Assembly: GCA_963805975.1 (NCBI GenBank)
Contig: CAWDVR010000006.1
Span: 192,001 to 256,000, forward strand
Direction: 5' to 3'
DNA: 64,000 nt
Source of the DNA: an uncultured Acidobacteriota bacterium
Lineage (GTDB): Bacteria; Acidobacteriota; Thermoanaerobaculia; Multivoradales; SZUA-115
In this document: positions 21,473 through 33,265 of the stretch, in pieces
How the letters are laid out: the number at the start of each line of letters is the position of its first letter
How positions within the stretch are numbered: the stretch's first letter is position 1
Notes under the pieces: model-generated
The model's input: only the letters and a program-made list of their open reading frames with translations
What the model was told of the DNA's origin: nothing
The model's database searches: none
Made by a program: the position numbers and the translations under genes

Positions 21473-22300
21473 GTGCCCGCTTTCCTCTGCCCCGTGCGCG
21501 CTTGTGGAGAGCCCCTGGTCCGCGACGACCGGGCGCTCTCTTGCCCGCGCGGCCACGCCTTCGACGTCGCCCGGAGCGGTTATATCAACCTCCTCCAGCC
21601 GCAGGACCGGCGGTCGCCCGCGGCCGGGGACTCGAAGGCCATGGCGCTCGCCCGGCGGCGGTTGTACGAGGCGGGCTACGGTGCCGTGTTGCTCGAAGCG
21701 ATCGTCGGAGCGCCCGAGGTCCAGGCATTGCCCGCGGGCGCTGCCGTGCTCGACGTGGGCTGCGGCGAGGGCTGGATGCTGGGCTCCCTCGCGGCACGGC
21801 GGCCGATCGACGGCCACGGCGTGGACCTCTCGGCGCCGGCGATCGAGCTCGCGGCCCGCCGCCAGCCGGCGCTCACCTGGGTGGTGGCCAACGCGGACCG
21901 CTCGCTGTCCTATGCCGCCGCGGGCTTCGATCTCGCGCTCTCGATCACCGCGCGGCGCAACGCAGCGGAGCTGGCGCGTGTGCTCCGGCCCGGTGCAGGC
22001 CTGCTGGTCGCCGTGCCCGCGGCGGACGACCTGGTCGAGCTGCGGGAAGCGGTGCAAGGTGAGGGCGTGCTCCGGGATCGCACGGAAGGAGTGGTGGAGG
22101 AGCTGGCGAGCGGCTTCGACCTGGAGCGCCGCGAGACCGTGAGTTCCCGGGCCGTGCTCGACGCCGGCGCGCTGCGGGACCTTCTCGCCGCAACCTACCG
22201 CGGCGCCCGCCGCCGCGAGCAGGAACGGGTGGCGGCCCTCTCCCGGCTCGAGGTGACCACGAGCTGGGACTTGCTGTGGCTGCGGCGCCGGCCGGGCTAG
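21473..22300 (+). CDS. RlmA-like SAM-dependent rRNA methyltransferase with an N-terminal zinc finger
   Basis: CPVRAC...CPRGHAFDVARSGYINLL and LDVGCGEG. Confidence 0.85.
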   Translation: MPAFLCPVRACGEPLVRDDRALSCPRGHAFDVARSGYINLLQPQDRRSPAAGDSKAMALARRRLYEAGYGAVLLEAIVGAPEVQALPAGAAVLDVGCGEGWMLGSLAARRPIDGHGVDLSAPAIELAARRQPALTWVVANADRSLSYAAAGFDLALSITARRNAAELARVLRPGAGLLVAVPAADDLVELREAVQGEGVLRDRTEGVVEELASGFDLERRETVSSRAVLDAGALRDLLAATYRGARRREQERVAALSRLEVTTSWDLLWLRRRPG

Positions 22301-22311
22301 ACTGCGCCTCC

Positions 22312-23517
22312 ATGTCGCTCTCCCTGGTCGCCACCTGCGCGCTCGGTCTCGAGGAGATCCTGGCCGGCGAGCTGGCCGGGCTCGGCATGAGCGGGATCGA
22401 AGGGCAGAAGGGCGCCGTGTCGTTCACCGGCTCGTGGCCCGAGGTGTGGCGCGCCAACTATCGCCTGCGGACCGCCAACCGCGTGCTGGTCGAGCTCGGA
22501 AGCTGGCCGGCCCGGGACGGCGACGAGCTCACCGCCGGTGCCCTCGACCTGGTGCGGGGCCAGAGCCGGGCGGCCGGGGCCGGCGCGGAGGCGCGGTCCG
22601 CGGGCGCCCGCCAGTCCTGGGACGGCCTCGACGGCCGCGCGCTCTTCGATCCCGATGCCTCGTTCTCGCTGCGGGCCACGGCCGCGGCCTCGCAGATCAC
22701 CGACGCCCGCTGGGTGGCTCTCAAGGTGAAGGACGGCATCGTGGATGCCCAGCGCGCGCTCTGGGGCCGGCGCTCGTTCGTCGAGCGGCAGGACCCGGAC
22801 CGGCCGCTGCGGGTCTGGCTGCACCAGGACCGCGCCGTGCTGCTGCTCGACACCTCGGGCGAGCCGCTCGACCGCCGCGGCTACCGGCTGGAGAGCGGCG
22901 CCGCGCCGGTGCGCGAGCAGCTCGCGGCGGCGTGCGTGCTGGCCGCGGGCTGGGAGGGCGCCCAGGCAGGAGCGAGCTCCGTGGTGGTGGATCCGATGTG
23001 CGGCACCGGCACGCTGCTGGCCGAGGCCGGATGGATCGGCCTCGGCTGGGCGCCGGGGCGCCTGCGCCGCGCCTGGGCCTTCGAGCGGCTGCCGAGCTTC
23101 CACGCCCGCGCCTTCGCCGGCGTGCGGAACGAGGCGATCACGGCGCCCGCCCCCGAGCTGCGCCTGCTGGGCCTCGACAGCTCGGGCGGGGCCTTGCGGT
23201 CCGCGCGCGCCAACCTCGAGGCGGCCGGCCTCGCCTCGCGCACCCGGCTCGAGAAGGCGGATGCCTTCGCCTACGATCCTCCCGCGGGCCCCGGCCTGGT
23301 GCTGGTCAACCCGCCGTACGGGGCGCGGCTCCCGGCGGGGGAGGAGGAGTGGCGGCGGCTGGGCGACCTGCTCAAACGGCGCTACCCCGGCTACCGCGCG
23401 GTGGTGCTGGCCGGCGACCCGTCGCGCGGCAAGTGGATCGGCCTCAAGCCCCGGCGCCGCATCCCGGTCGCCAACGGGGCGATCGAGGCCCGCATCCTGA
23501 TCTTCGATCTCTACTAG
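22312..23517 (+). CDS. THUMP-domain RNA methyltransferase (RlmL-like)
   Basis: ATCALGLE, ANYRLRTANRV, LDTSGEPLDRRGYR, DPMCGTGT and NPPYG. Confidence 0.88.
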   Translation: MSLSLVATCALGLEEILAGELAGLGMSGIEGQKGAVSFTGSWPEVWRANYRLRTANRVLVELGSWPARDGDELTAGALDLVRGQSRAAGAGAEARSAGARQSWDGLDGRALFDPDASFSLRATAAASQITDARWVALKVKDGIVDAQRALWGRRSFVERQDPDRPLRVWLHQDRAVLLLDTSGEPLDRRGYRLESGAAPVREQLAAACVLAAGWEGAQAGASSVVVDPMCGTGTLLAEAGWIGLGWAPGRLRRAWAFERLPSFHARAFAGVRNEAITAPAPELRLLGLDSSGGALRSARANLEAAGLASRTRLEKADAFAYDPPAGPGLVLVNPPYGARLPAGEEEWRRLGDLLKRRYPGYRAVVLAGDPSRGKWIGLKPRRRIPVANGAIEARILIFDLY

Positions 23518-23550
23518 TTGCACCCTCTCTATCCGCTTCACGGAGGCAGC

Positions 23551-24735
23551 TTGAATACGAGCGCAAAGGATGCGAACCCGAAGCGCAGCATGGTGGGGGC
23601 CGGCCTCGAGACCCGGCTGGTCCACGCCGGGCACGGCGAGAGGATCGGCGGCGCGCTGGTGCTGCCGATCTTCCAGTCCGCCGTGTTCGGGATCGAGGAG
23701 ACGGGCTACGAGGGGCTCAAGTACCCGCGCTACGGCAACCTTCCCAACCAGGAAGCGGTGGCCGCGAAGCTCGCCAGCCTCGAAGGCGCGGAAGCCGCCG
23801 TGGTGACGGCGAGCGGCATGGCCGCGATCTCGGCCGCGTTGCTCTCGGTGCTCTCGAGCGGCGACCATCTGCTGGCGCTCGACTGCCTCTACGGCGGCAC
23901 CCACACGCTCATCACCAAGCGCTTCCCGTCGTTCGGCATCCGTCACGACTTCATCGGCGGAGATGATCCTGCGAGCTGGAAGGCGATGCTCAAGCCCGAG
24001 ACCAGGGCGATCTACGTCGAGACCACCACCAACCCGCTGACCCAGGTGCCCGAGCTCGACGCCGTGGTGGCCTTTGCCCGCGAGCACGGCCTGGTGAGCC
24101 TGATCGACAACACCTTCGCCACACCCATCGGCTTCCGCCCGGCGGAGCGCGGCTTCGACCTCTCGCTCCACAGTTGCACCAAGTACCTGAACGGCCACTC
24201 GGACCTCGTGGCCGGTGCCGCGATCGGCAGCGGGGCGGCGGTAGAGAAGGTCCATTCCTGGCTGAAGCTCCTGGGCGGCAGCCTCGATCCCCACGCCGCT
24301 TTCCTGCTGATGCGGGGGATGAAGACCCTGTCGCTGCGGGTCGCGCGGCAGAGCGAGAACGCTCTCTCTCTCGCCCGCCACCTCGAAGCGCAGCCGGGCG
24401 TTGCCCGCGTGCGCTACCCCGGCCTGCCGAGCCACCCGGACCACGAGCGCGCGGCCCGGCTGCTCGACGGCTTCGGCGCCATGCTCGCCTTCGAGCCGGC
24501 CGGTGGAGAGGAGGCAGCGGACCGCTTCCTCTCCCGCGTGCGTCTCGCGACCCACGCGCCGAGCCTCGGCGGGCTCGAGACCCTGGTGGTCTCGCCGGCA
24601 CGCTCCTCCCACGCCGGCCTGAAGCCCGAGGAGCGGGAGCGCCTGGGGATCACCGGGGCCCTGGTGCGGGTGTCGGTGGGCATCGAGTCCCTCCCCGACC
24701 TGATCGCCGACTTCGACCAGGCCCTGGCGGGCTAG
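23551..24735 (+). CDS. Cys/Met metabolism PLP enzyme (cystathionine gamma-synthase / methionine gamma-lyase family)
   Basis: YPRYGN, ASGMAAI, DNTFATP, HSCTKYLNGHSD and SLGGLETL. Start is TTG 23551 (GGAGG RBS) or ATG 23590. Confidence 0.9.
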   Translation: MNTSAKDANPKRSMVGAGLETRLVHAGHGERIGGALVLPIFQSAVFGIEETGYEGLKYPRYGNLPNQEAVAAKLASLEGAEAAVVTASGMAAISAALLSVLSSGDHLLALDCLYGGTHTLITKRFPSFGIRHDFIGGDDPASWKAMLKPETRAIYVETTTNPLTQVPELDAVVAFAREHGLVSLIDNTFATPIGFRPAERGFDLSLHSCTKYLNGHSDLVAGAAIGSGAAVEKVHSWLKLLGGSLDPHAAFLLMRGMKTLSLRVARQSENALSLARHLEAQPGVARVRYPGLPSHPDHERAARLLDGFGAMLAFEPAGGEEAADRFLSRVRLATHAPSLGGLETLVVSPARSSHAGLKPEERERLGITGALVRVSVGIESLPDLIADFDQALAG

Positions 24736-24832
24736 CCTTTGGACAGCGGGTGGCCGAATCCTGTAGGTTCGGTGGCACGACTGTCCGTGCAACGCCACCT
24801 CACCGGCGCTCGACCTCAAGGAGACCCCCCGA

Positions 24833-26695
24833 ATGTTCGATCGAGCTTTGCGAACAGCACCTTGGCTCCTCGCCTGTGCCCTGGCCGCCTCTCCGGCGAC
24901 TGTCCAAGCGAAGAGCCTCTACGGCACCTTCACCGAGATCCAGAGCGCCGACCTGCTTACCTTCCGGCACGACGCCGGCACCTACGCGATTCGCCTCTAC
25001 GGCGTGGACGCCCCCGAGGCCGGCGAGCCCTTCGCCCTCGAGGCCAGGCTCCTCACCCGGGCCCTGGTGATGGGCGGCCGGGAGCACCGGGTGCGCATCG
25101 AGGAGCGCAACGAGCGCGGCGAGATGGTGGCCCAGGTGCTGATCGACGGCCAGGACGTGGGGCTCGCCCTGCTGCGTGCGGGCCTCGCCAAGCGAGTGCC
25201 GGACGTTCACTACAAACTGATGCGCGACGACCAGCCCGACGCCCTGGTCGCGACCGAGGACGAAGCCCGGCTGGCGAACCGAGGGGTGTGGAAAGGATCG
25301 GCGCCCAAGGCGGCTACCAAGGCCCAGGGTTCCCTGCCGGCGCAGGCGGAGCCGGTGCGCGGCGGCGGTACGCTCGACCGTAACGCCAGCCAGAAGACCG
25401 GCGCCGACAACGAGTGCGCCGTGGCCCAGGACCCGACCACGCCGAACCGCCTGTTCAAGTCCTGCAACACGTCGTCGGCCGGGCTGTTCGCCGCGCTGAG
25501 CAGCGACGGCGGGGACACCTGGACCTATCCGGACCCGGCGGACAAGACCATCGCCGACGGCGATGCAGGCCAGGGCGTGAGCGCCTGCTGCGACCCGACC
25601 CTGACCTGGGACAGCTTCGGCAACCTCTACGTGACCTACCTCAACGGGGCTGCCAGCGCCGTGGTGACGCTGCTCTCGACCGACGGCGGCGCCACCTTCT
25701 CGCCGCTCGCCAGCTTCTCGGGCAGCGTCGATCAGCCCACCGTGGTCTCGGCCGACGTCCCCGGCGGCGTGGCGGTGTGGATCGTGTGGAACCAGAGCGG
25801 CTCGATGAGGGCGCAGGGCGCGCTGGCGACCGGGCTCGGCACCGTGGGCGCGTTCTCGGCGCAGCAGACCGCTCCCAGCACTTCCGGCTGCAGCTTTGGC
25901 GACATCGCCATCGCCCCCAGCGGTGTCGTGGTGCAGGTCTGCGAGCAGCCCTCGGGTGGCCAGGGCCCGGCCAACATTCGCCTCAACATCGACGCCGACG
26001 GCCTGGGCGCAGGTGGCTTCAGCGCGGTCTCGACCGCCACCGTGACCAACGTCGGCGGCTTCGACTTCATCCCGGCGCAGGACAACCGCTCGGTCGACGC
26101 CGAGGCGGGCCTCGCCTACGACGCCAACCCGTCGAGCCCGCACTTCGGCAGGCTGTACCTGGTCTACAGCGAAGAAGTGGTCAACGAGGTGCACGATCTC
26201 GAGACCATGGTCCGTTTCTCGGACGACAACGGAGGGAGCTGGAGCGCGCCGATCCGGGTCAACGACGACGCCACCACCCGCAGCCAGTTCATGCCCAAGA
26301 TCGCCTCCGACCCGGCTACCGGCAACCTCGGTGTCTGCTGGCACGACGCCAGGAGCTCGGCGACCAACGACGCGATGGAGATCTTCTGCGCGACCGCCGA
26401 CACCAGCGGCGCCGCACCCACCTTCAACGCCAACGTGCTGGTGAGCGACGCGCCTTCCACCTCGACCGGTGCGGGGGTCGAGTTCGGCGACTACATGGGG
26501 ATCGCCTTCAAGGGCGGCGTCGTGCGTCCGGTGTGGGCGGACACCTCCAACTCGACCGGTGACAACCCCAACGGCACGGGCAACTTCGATGCGTACAGCG
26601 ACTTCGTCACGATGAGGGTCGCACTGTTCTCCGACGGCTTCGAAACCGGAGACGTGAGCACCTGGACCGCCTGTTTCGGCACGTGTCCTCCGTAG
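24833..26695 (+). CDS. Secreted thermonuclease (SNase)-like plus BNR/sialidase-like propeller fusion with a C-terminal FSDGFE tag
   Basis: Signal peptide and IRLYGVDAPE...ARLANRGVW (SNase). Asp-boxes SSDGGDTW, STDGGATF and SDDNGGSW. Ends LFSDGFETGDVSTWTACFGTCPP. Confidence 0.8.
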   Translation: MFDRALRTAPWLLACALAASPATVQAKSLYGTFTEIQSADLLTFRHDAGTYAIRLYGVDAPEAGEPFALEARLLTRALVMGGREHRVRIEERNERGEMVAQVLIDGQDVGLALLRAGLAKRVPDVHYKLMRDDQPDALVATEDEARLANRGVWKGSAPKAATKAQGSLPAQAEPVRGGGTLDRNASQKTGADNECAVAQDPTTPNRLFKSCNTSSAGLFAALSSDGGDTWTYPDPADKTIADGDAGQGVSACCDPTLTWDSFGNLYVTYLNGAASAVVTLLSTDGGATFSPLASFSGSVDQPTVVSADVPGGVAVWIVWNQSGSMRAQGALATGLGTVGAFSAQQTAPSTSGCSFGDIAIAPSGVVVQVCEQPSGGQGPANIRLNIDADGLGAGGFSAVSTATVTNVGGFDFIPAQDNRSVDAEAGLAYDANPSSPHFGRLYLVYSEEVVNEVHDLETMVRFSDDNGGSWSAPIRVNDDATTRSQFMPKIASDPATGNLGVCWHDARSSATNDAMEIFCATADTSGAAPTFNANVLVSDAPSTSTGAGVEFGDYMGIAFKGGVVRPVWADTSNSTGDNPNGTGNFDAYSDFVTMRVALFSDGFETGDVSTWTACFGTCPP

Positions 26696-27707
26696 GACGG
26701 GCGCAGTACCTCGCGGCCGCGCTCGCCGTGGCGGTCGCCGGACCATCCGCGAGCGCTGCGGAGCCTGCTCTCACTGCCCCCGCCCTCGCTTTCGCCGCGG
26801 GGAGTCGCTCCGCTCCACTCGGTCACGTTGCGCGCCGCGACCCCGCCGCGGCTGTCGCTTCCCCGATAGCTTCTGCGTGCCTCGCGACACGGCCTCGATC
26901 TGCACCGCGGACGACACCGGCGAGGCGCCTTGTTACGCCGTCTCGGAGCCGGAGATCTACGCCCGCTCGCGGGCCGTCGCCCGGCTCCTCGTCGGCACGC
27001 TCTACTGCACCGGCTGGCTGGTGGGCAACGAGGGGCACCTGCTCACCGCGGGCCACTGCATCCCGAACCAGGCTGCGGCCAGCACGGCGCAGGTGGAGAT
27101 GGCGGCCGAGGGCGCATCCTGCGACCAGGACTGCAGCCTGCCCGGTGCCTGCCCCGGCGAAGTAGTGGCGACCGCCGTGACCCTGGTGCGCACCCACCCG
27201 GACCTCGACTACAGCCTGGTGCGCCTGCCGGTGAACCCCACGGCCGACTACGGCTACCTCCAGCTCCGCGCCGCGGGCGCCGCGCTGGGCGAGCGCATCT
27301 ACATGCCCCAGCACCCCGGCGGCAACGGCCGGCGGATCGCCGTCACCTCCACCTATCCGCTGGACACCGAGGGCTTTCCCCACGTCGCGAGCCGCGACCT
27401 TCCACCCTGCCATCCCGCCTCGACGGTCGCGCACCTGGGCTCGTTCGCGGACACCCGGCCCGGCGCCTCCGGCTCACCGCTCCTCGCCTACGAAGACCAC
27501 CGGGTGATCGCCCTCCACGGCTGCCGCGCCGTGCTGCTGTGTGCGACGGGTGAGGAGGCGAGCGACTCGCCGAACCGCGCGGTGCCGATCGAGGCCGTGA
27601 TCGCGGACCTCGGCCAAGACCTGCCGCCGTCGGCGATCTTCGATCCGCTGTTTGCCGACGGCTTCGAGAGTGGCGACACCTCCGCCTGGACGGCGGAGGT
27701 ACCGTAG
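26683..27707 (+). CDS. Secreted trypsin-like serine protease with a C-terminal FADGFE tag (probable frameshift between signal peptide and catalytic domain)
   Basis: The triad LTAGHC, DLDYSL and PGASGSP is in the 26877-27707 frame. The signal peptide YLAAALAVAVAGPSASA is in the 26683 frame. Ends LFADGFESGDTSAWTAEVP. Confidence 0.75.
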
Positions 27708-27712
27708 GGCCC

Positions 27713-28933
27713 CTACTGCGCGAACACCTTCACCGAGCGGCCGATCTTGTCGAACATGCCGCGCAGCTCGTCGTAGTCGGGGTGGCGCATGCGGAGCCAG
27801 GCGTTGGCCATGTAGCCGGCGCCCACGTCCTGGGTAGGAGTGCCGGGCGGCGGGAAGTGGGCATCGATGATCCACTGGCCGTAGGCCTGCTGCACGGCTT
27901 CGAGGCCCTGGTAGCCGGCGATGCGTCCGTCGCGGTCCGGGCGCAGCGCCTGCATGCCGGCCGCGAAGCGCCGCGAGGGGCGCTGGTCGATGCGGCCGTG
28001 GGCGATCGCCATCGCCCATTCGCGATAGACGTCGAAGTCGTTGGCCGCCGAATAGAGGTCCCACTGTGCCTGGCCGGTGGGCCGGCAGCCGATCTCCGAG
28101 AACTTGAGGCCCTTGCCGCCGAAGAACCACTCCATGTGGGTCGCCGAGGTGCCGATGCCCAGCGCCTCGATCACCCGCCGGCCCATGCGCTTGACCTCGT
28201 CGTAAGCGGGCGCGTCCATGCGGTTGGTGGTCACCACGGTGGGCGAGATCCAGCGCTCGCGCATCGCCTCGAGCACGTTCGGGTAGTAGTGCGAGATGAA
28301 CTCGTGCGCGACCTGGCCGCCGATCGAGATCGTGTCGTGGAAGCCCTCGTGGCCCTCGATGAACTCTTCGAGCGCCACCGAGGCGCCGCGGGAGAGGCCG
28401 GAGGTCTCTATGGCGCGCTCGAGCTCGCGGGGATCGTTGGCGCGCACCGTGCCCGCGGCGCCGGCGCCGCTCCTCGGCTTGACGATCAGCGGGAAGCCCA
28501 CCTGCTCGGCGAAGGCCCAGGCCTCCTCGGGCGTGTCCGCCGGCGCCGACTGCGCGCAGGGCACGCCCGCCTGGCGCAAGGCTTCCTTCATCGCCGGCTT
28601 GTCGCGGCAGAGCCAGGCGGTGCGCACCGTGGTGCCGGGGATGCCACAGGCCTCGCGCACCTTGGCGGCCGGCAGCACGTGCGCCTCGATGGTGGCCTCC
28701 AGGCGGTCCACCCACCCGCGTTCCTGCACCCGACGCACCGCCGCCAGGAGGGCGCGCTCGTCGACCACCGACGGCACCTGCTCGTAGCCCTGGAGGTAAC
28801 GCTTGACCTCCTGCGGCAGGTGGTCGCGCGACGCCTCGCCGATGGCGGTGACGTGGGCGCCGACCTCGGCCAGGCCGCGGGCGAAGTTGCGCTGGTAGTT
28901 CGGGAAGCCGGGCTCGACGAAGAGGACGTGCAT
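27713..28933 (-). CDS. ATP-grasp domain protein
   Basis: RDKPAMK, FPLIVKPRSGAGA, EEFIEG, THMEWF and EIGCRP. Confidence 0.85.
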   Translation of the reverse strand: MHVLFVEPGFPNYQRNFARGLAEVGAHVTAIGEASRDHLPQEVKRYLQGYEQVPSVVDERALLAAVRRVQERGWVDRLEATIEAHVLPAAKVREACGIPGTTVRTAWLCRDKPAMKEALRQAGVPCAQSAPADTPEEAWAFAEQVGFPLIVKPRSGAGAAGTVRANDPRELERAIETSGLSRGASVALEEFIEGHEGFHDTISIGGQVAHEFISHYYPNVLEAMRERWISPTVVTTNRMDAPAYDEVKRMGRRVIEALGIGTSATHMEWFFGGKGLKFSEIGCRPTGQAQWDLYSAANDFDVYREWAMAIAHGRIDQRPSRRFAAGMQALRPDRDGRIAGYQGLEAVQQAYGQWIIDAHFPPPGTPTQDVGAGYMANAWLRMRHPDYDELRGMFDKIGRSVKVFAQ

Positions 28934-28947
28934 GGGCGGCGGGCTCC

Positions 28948-31099
<2,152 letters not shown>

Positions 31100-31152
31100 C
31101 TTGCTCTCCAAGTGTCTCGCTTCATCGGGTCGCGAAGCGGAGAATCGGTCGC

Positions 31153-31629
31153 TCAGAAGCAACTGCCTTCGCACTCGATGACGCCGGTGTTCACCCAGAC
31201 GCCGTTCTGACACACCTGCTCTCTCGACTTGTTCTTCCCCCCGCCACAGCAACCCCCCCATACCCACTGGTACTCGCCCTCGGGGCAGCCACAGATGGGG
31301 CAGTAGGTGGTGGCGCCGTTGCAGGTGACGTAGCCACGCTGCCCGACGCCGCAGTTGCGGTCCACGGCCACGCAGGTGCCGGAGCCGTTGGAGCAGGAGA
31401 CCGAGGCGTAGGGCGTACACAGGGCCGTCGCCGAGCAGCGCACGAAGGGCCCCTGGCGGCGCTCTGTGGAAAGGTCGATGGGGATCGGGGTTGGGGCGAG
31501 GTCGGAGGGCAACGGAGGTGGGGACAGCAGCCAGGCGAGATCGGGCTCGCTACAGGCCGGCTCGGCTCCGGCGGCCGGCAGGGCGAGCATCACCAAGGCG
31601 AGGACCCAAAGCACCTTGCACGACATCAT
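31153..31629 (-). CDS. Secreted cysteine-rich pre-pro-peptide (copy 1)
   Basis: Signal peptide, a Pro-rich pro-region ending ERRQ and the same 14-Cys order as its neighbour, with an AGGAGG RBS. Confidence 0.8.
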   Translation of the reverse strand: MMSCKVLWVLALVMLALPAAGAEPACSEPDLAWLLSPPPLPSDLAPTPIPIDLSTERRQGPFVRCSATALCTPYASVSCSNGSGTCVAVDRNCGVGQRGYVTCNGATTYCPICGCPEGEYQWVWGGCCGGGKNKSREQVCQNGVWVNTGVIECEGSCF

Positions 31630-31757
31630 GGTGGCCTCCTATGGTTTATTGCGAATGATTCCAAGTATAGGCATGGGTTGTGGCAAACGCAAGATGATCC
31701 GTAAAAAAGGAGCAGAGCTGCGTGGGATGGAGCGGAAGGGGTTGAACGGCCGAGGTC

Positions 31758-32390
31758 TCAAGCCACCGCTTCGAAGCGGCCAAATCGCGTGTCGAAGGTG
31801 GCGAGGTGGCGGAAGCGGACCACCAGGCTCTCGTCGGCTTTGCCGTGAAACAGCGTGTTGTGCCACCAGACGTTGTCGTAGACCGGCCCGCTCCCGTGCA
31901 GCTCGGCTCGACAGTGGAGCTCCAGGCAGCGGAAGCGGTCGAGATCGCTCGCTTGGCCCAGGTGGAAGACGTAGAAGACGAGATGACAGCGGGGGTCCGC
32001 CGCCAGCGCCACGGCCAGCGGGCTCTCCTTCTGCACCAGCGTGGTGATGCTGTCCGGATCGAACACCTCGGGGGAGCGGTAGTAGGCCCGCAGGTACTCG
32101 ATGCCGGCGTCGTAGGTTGCCTTGGAGCCCTGGCTCTTGGTCGATTCGTAGAGATCCCGGAACTCGGCGGTCTTGGCCTCCAGCAGATCCGGCCGCGGCA
32201 GCACGCCGCAGATCAGCGAATGGGTGGAGACCCCGAGGGGCGAGCCCACCTGGCGCACGGTGACCAGCGGCGCCACCCCGACGTGCGGCGCGCCGTTCTT
32301 CTCCTCCATGGTGTGGGCGCGCAGCGCCACCTGCCAGGCCAGAAAATCCCGCGGCAGAGGCGGGTAGCTCGAGGCTTCCTTGCGCAGCAT
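31758..32390 (-). CDS. Hypothetical protein at the end of the heme uptake operon
   Basis: ATG at 32390 with an AGGAG RBS, encoding a soluble 210-aa protein (MLRKEASSYPPLPRDFLAWQ...). Confidence 0.7.
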   Translation of the reverse strand: MLRKEASSYPPLPRDFLAWQVALRAHTMEEKNGAPHVGVAPLVTVRQVGSPLGVSTHSLICGVLPRPDLLEAKTAEFRDLYESTKSQGSKATYDAGIEYLRAYYRSPEVFDPDSITTLVQKESPLAVALAADPRCHLVFYVFHLGQASDLDRFRCLELHCRAELHGSGPVYDNVWWHNTLFHGKADESLVVRFRHLATFDTRFGRFEAVA

Positions 32391-32434
32391 GGGCTCTCCT
32401 GTCGACTCGGGGCCGCTCGGCGGCGCCCTGAGTA

Positions 32435-33265
32435 TCACATCGGTCGGCTGGGGTCGCCAGGGCCGAGCACGCGCAGGGCCAGGCCCTCGCCGTCGTTTCG
32501 CACCTCGGCGCGCACCCCGTAGACGTCGAGCAGCATGGCCGGGGTGATGGTCGCGGCGGGCGACCCCGTTTCGTAGAGCCGTCCACGTTGTACCACCGCC
32601 ACGCGATGGGCGAGCCAGGCGGCCTCTTCGAGGTCGTGCAGAACGACGGCGATGGTGGTGCCGCGCTCCCGGTTGAGCCGCTGAAGGAGCGCCAGCACCT
32701 CCCAGCGCTGGCGCAGGTCGAGGCTGGCGGCCGGTTCGTCGAGGAGCAGGACCGGGGCGTCCTGGGCGAAGACCACGGCCAGCCAGACGCGCCGGCGCTC
32801 GCCGCCCGAGAGCGTCGTGACCGCGCGGCTCCGCAGATCTTCGAGCCCCATCCAGGCCAGGGCCTCGGCCACCGCGCGGCGGTCTGCCGGTGACGGGGGA
32901 GCGAGCCACCGTCGGTGGGGGTGGCGGCCGGAGGCGACCAGGGCCTCCACCGTCAGCCCGTCCGGGCAACGAGGCTCCTGGGGCAGGCGGGCCACCCGGC
33001 ACGCGAAGGAGCGCCGGCGCCAGCGCCAGGCGTCGACACCGTCCAGGCGGACCTCGCCACGGCGGGGCTCCACGTCGCGCGCGAGCGCGGCCAGCAGGGT
33101 CGATTTGCCGGAGCCGTTGGGGCCTACCAAGGCCAGGATCTCGCCAGGGAAGAGCTCGAGGTCGACGTCCCGCAGGGCGTCGTGAGGCTGCCGGGGATGC
33201 CGGAAGTGGAGATCGGCTGCGGTCAAGGTCGCACTGGGAACGGTCGCGCTGGGAATTGCGGTCAT
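32435..33265 (-). CDS. Iron-chelate/heme ABC transporter ATP-binding protein
   Basis: GPNGSGKST, LSGGERRR, LLLDEP and VLHDL, with an ATGA overlap with the permease. Confidence 0.93.
   Translation of the reverse strand: MTAIPSATVPSATLTAADLHFRHPRQPHDALRDVDLELFPGEILALVGPNGSGKSTLLAALARDVEPRRGEVRLDGVDAWRWRRRSFACRVARLPQEPRCPDGLTVEALVASGRHPHRRWLAPPSPADRRAVAEALAWMGLEDLRSRAVTTLSGGERRRVWLAVVFAQDAPVLLLDEPAASLDLRQRWEVLALLQRLNRERGTTIAVVLHDLEEAAWLAHRVAVVQRGRLYETGSPAATITPAMLLDVYGVRAEVRNDGEGLALRVLGPGDPSRPM

Noticed and set aside
24773-24792. sigma54 promoter (TGGCACG...TGC) before the nuclease fusion
   Set aside because: The GG-to-GC spacing is longer than the strict -24/-12 requirement.
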